Below are positions 62,961-64,000 of a DNA stretch of 64,000 nucleotides, one piece after another. Made by a program: the position numbers and the translations under genes. Below the pieces are notes generated by a model. It saw only the letters and a program-made list of their open reading frames with translations, searched no databases and was not told where the DNA came from. Origin of the DNA: Eledone cirrhosa. Taxonomy: Eukaryota. Location of the stretch: positions 399,652,001 through 399,716,000 of the forward strand of contig OZ024741.1 in the NCBI GenBank assembly GCA_964016885.1. Direction: 5' to 3'. Position 1 is the first letter of the stretch, and each line of letters begins with the position of its first letter.

Positions 62961-63665
62961 ATTCATTAGTTAAGCAAAACAAGACCACAAATTTCACAAG
63001 GAAGACATTATTTAAAGATTGTCAACATATTTGTAGTTTAATGTAAGGAATGTAAAGAATAATAATAATAATACTAATAATGTCCGTTTACAATTGTTTC
63101 GCTACTCCATATGATGTTTCTGGATCAAATGATTATAGTTCATTATTGATCTGGTTCAGTTGAAGATAATTAACTTAGGTAAAATTGGAGCATCGGTTAC
63201 TTCAAAAGGAATATAAATTAAGGTAAAAAAGATGGTTACATGAAAGTCAATTATCTTCAACTGAACCAGATCAATAATTGTTTCTACTTTAGGCACAAGG
63301 CCAGCAATTACCCAGTGCATTACTGGTACTTTATTTTATCGACCCCATAAGGATGAAAGGCAAAGTCAACCTCGGCGGGATTTGAACTCAGATCGTAAAG
63401 GGACGTAACTATGCTGGAAAGCATGGCATCCACCCTCCACCGATACTGCCAATCCACAACCAGATCAATAATGATCTACAATCATTTGATCCAGAAACAT
63501 CATATGGAGTAGCGAAACAATTGTAAACGGACATTATTAGTATTATTAGTATTATTATTATTATTCTTTACATTCCTTACATTAAACTACAACTATGTTG
63601 ACAATCTTTAAATAATGTCTTCCTTGTGAAATTTGTGGTCTTGTTTTGCTTAACTTAATGAATAT
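62959..63665. mobile_element. Foldback element with ~215-bp near-perfect inverted arms; SINE-A (63279-63457) inserted in the right arm
   Basis: 62959-63176 is the reverse complement of 63244-63665 once the SINE is removed; 15-bp TSD aaccagatcaataat. Confidence 0.85.
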
Positions 63666-64000
63666 TTCCAGCTCTGTGCACCTAACCTCTGCATGAACCC
63701 AGCCACCTAGCTGCCTTCCACTGCATATTGCACATTGAGCACATGCTTTTATACTTTTGGCTTCTAACTAATTCACCAATCTCTCCTCTCCTATCTCCAT
63801 CTCTCTCTTTAAGATTGGTTACTCTTGAACTGTGTGTGTGTATATACACACACACATATATATATATACACACATATATATATCAATCAAATATGTTCCC
63901 ACAAATGGAGCAGCTAGTTGTCGAGGTGCCACTCTAGATGTGCCACTGGTACAGTCAGTTGTTTGGGTGCCATTCTAGATGTGCCACTGGTGCAGCCAGT

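Noticed and set aside
58225-64000. Upstream mucin exon carrying the first VWC cysteine
   Set aside because: No convincing phase-0-ending exon found; the region is mostly repeats, so the exon is probably beyond the window.
63920-64000. Start of a ~41-bp tandem repeat
   Set aside because: Only two units before the window edge; cannot be characterised.

Overview
AT-rich, repeat-dense animal genomic DNA, not prokaryotic. The SINE/RTE repertoire suggests a mollusc, probably a cephalopod such as octopus (inference). The one host gene is the 3' part of a large minus-strand secreted gel-forming-mucin/hemocytin-like gene. I reconstructed 12 coding exons by hand from 58224 down to the stop at 12749 (6906 nt, 2301 aa), all with GT-AG sites and consistent phase. 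Domain order: partial VWC, PTS, three copies of a 149-aa two-Cys discoidin(F5/8C)-like module separated by short PTS linkers, a 4.3-kb PTS exon with a 19-aa VNTR, further PTS, and an 11-Cys C-terminal cystine knot. The gene's 5' part lies outside the window or was not found. Introns and flanks hold RTE-clade LINEs (with a PHD-like finger), CR1- and CRE-like fragments, two tRNA-derived SINE families, piggyBac- and mariner-type MITEs, foldbacks, Helitron-like elements (one carrying ~9.9 kb of a 53-bp satellite), an 8.7-kb 39-bp satellite and several minisatellites derived from retroposon segments. The most notable unannotated signals are three hammerhead-ribozyme-like folds beside (TA)n tracts, SINE copies with swapped LINE tails, a SINE with six tandem tRNA heads, and mosaic homogenisation of the three domain exons. 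All alignments and folds were done by eye; no database searches were run.
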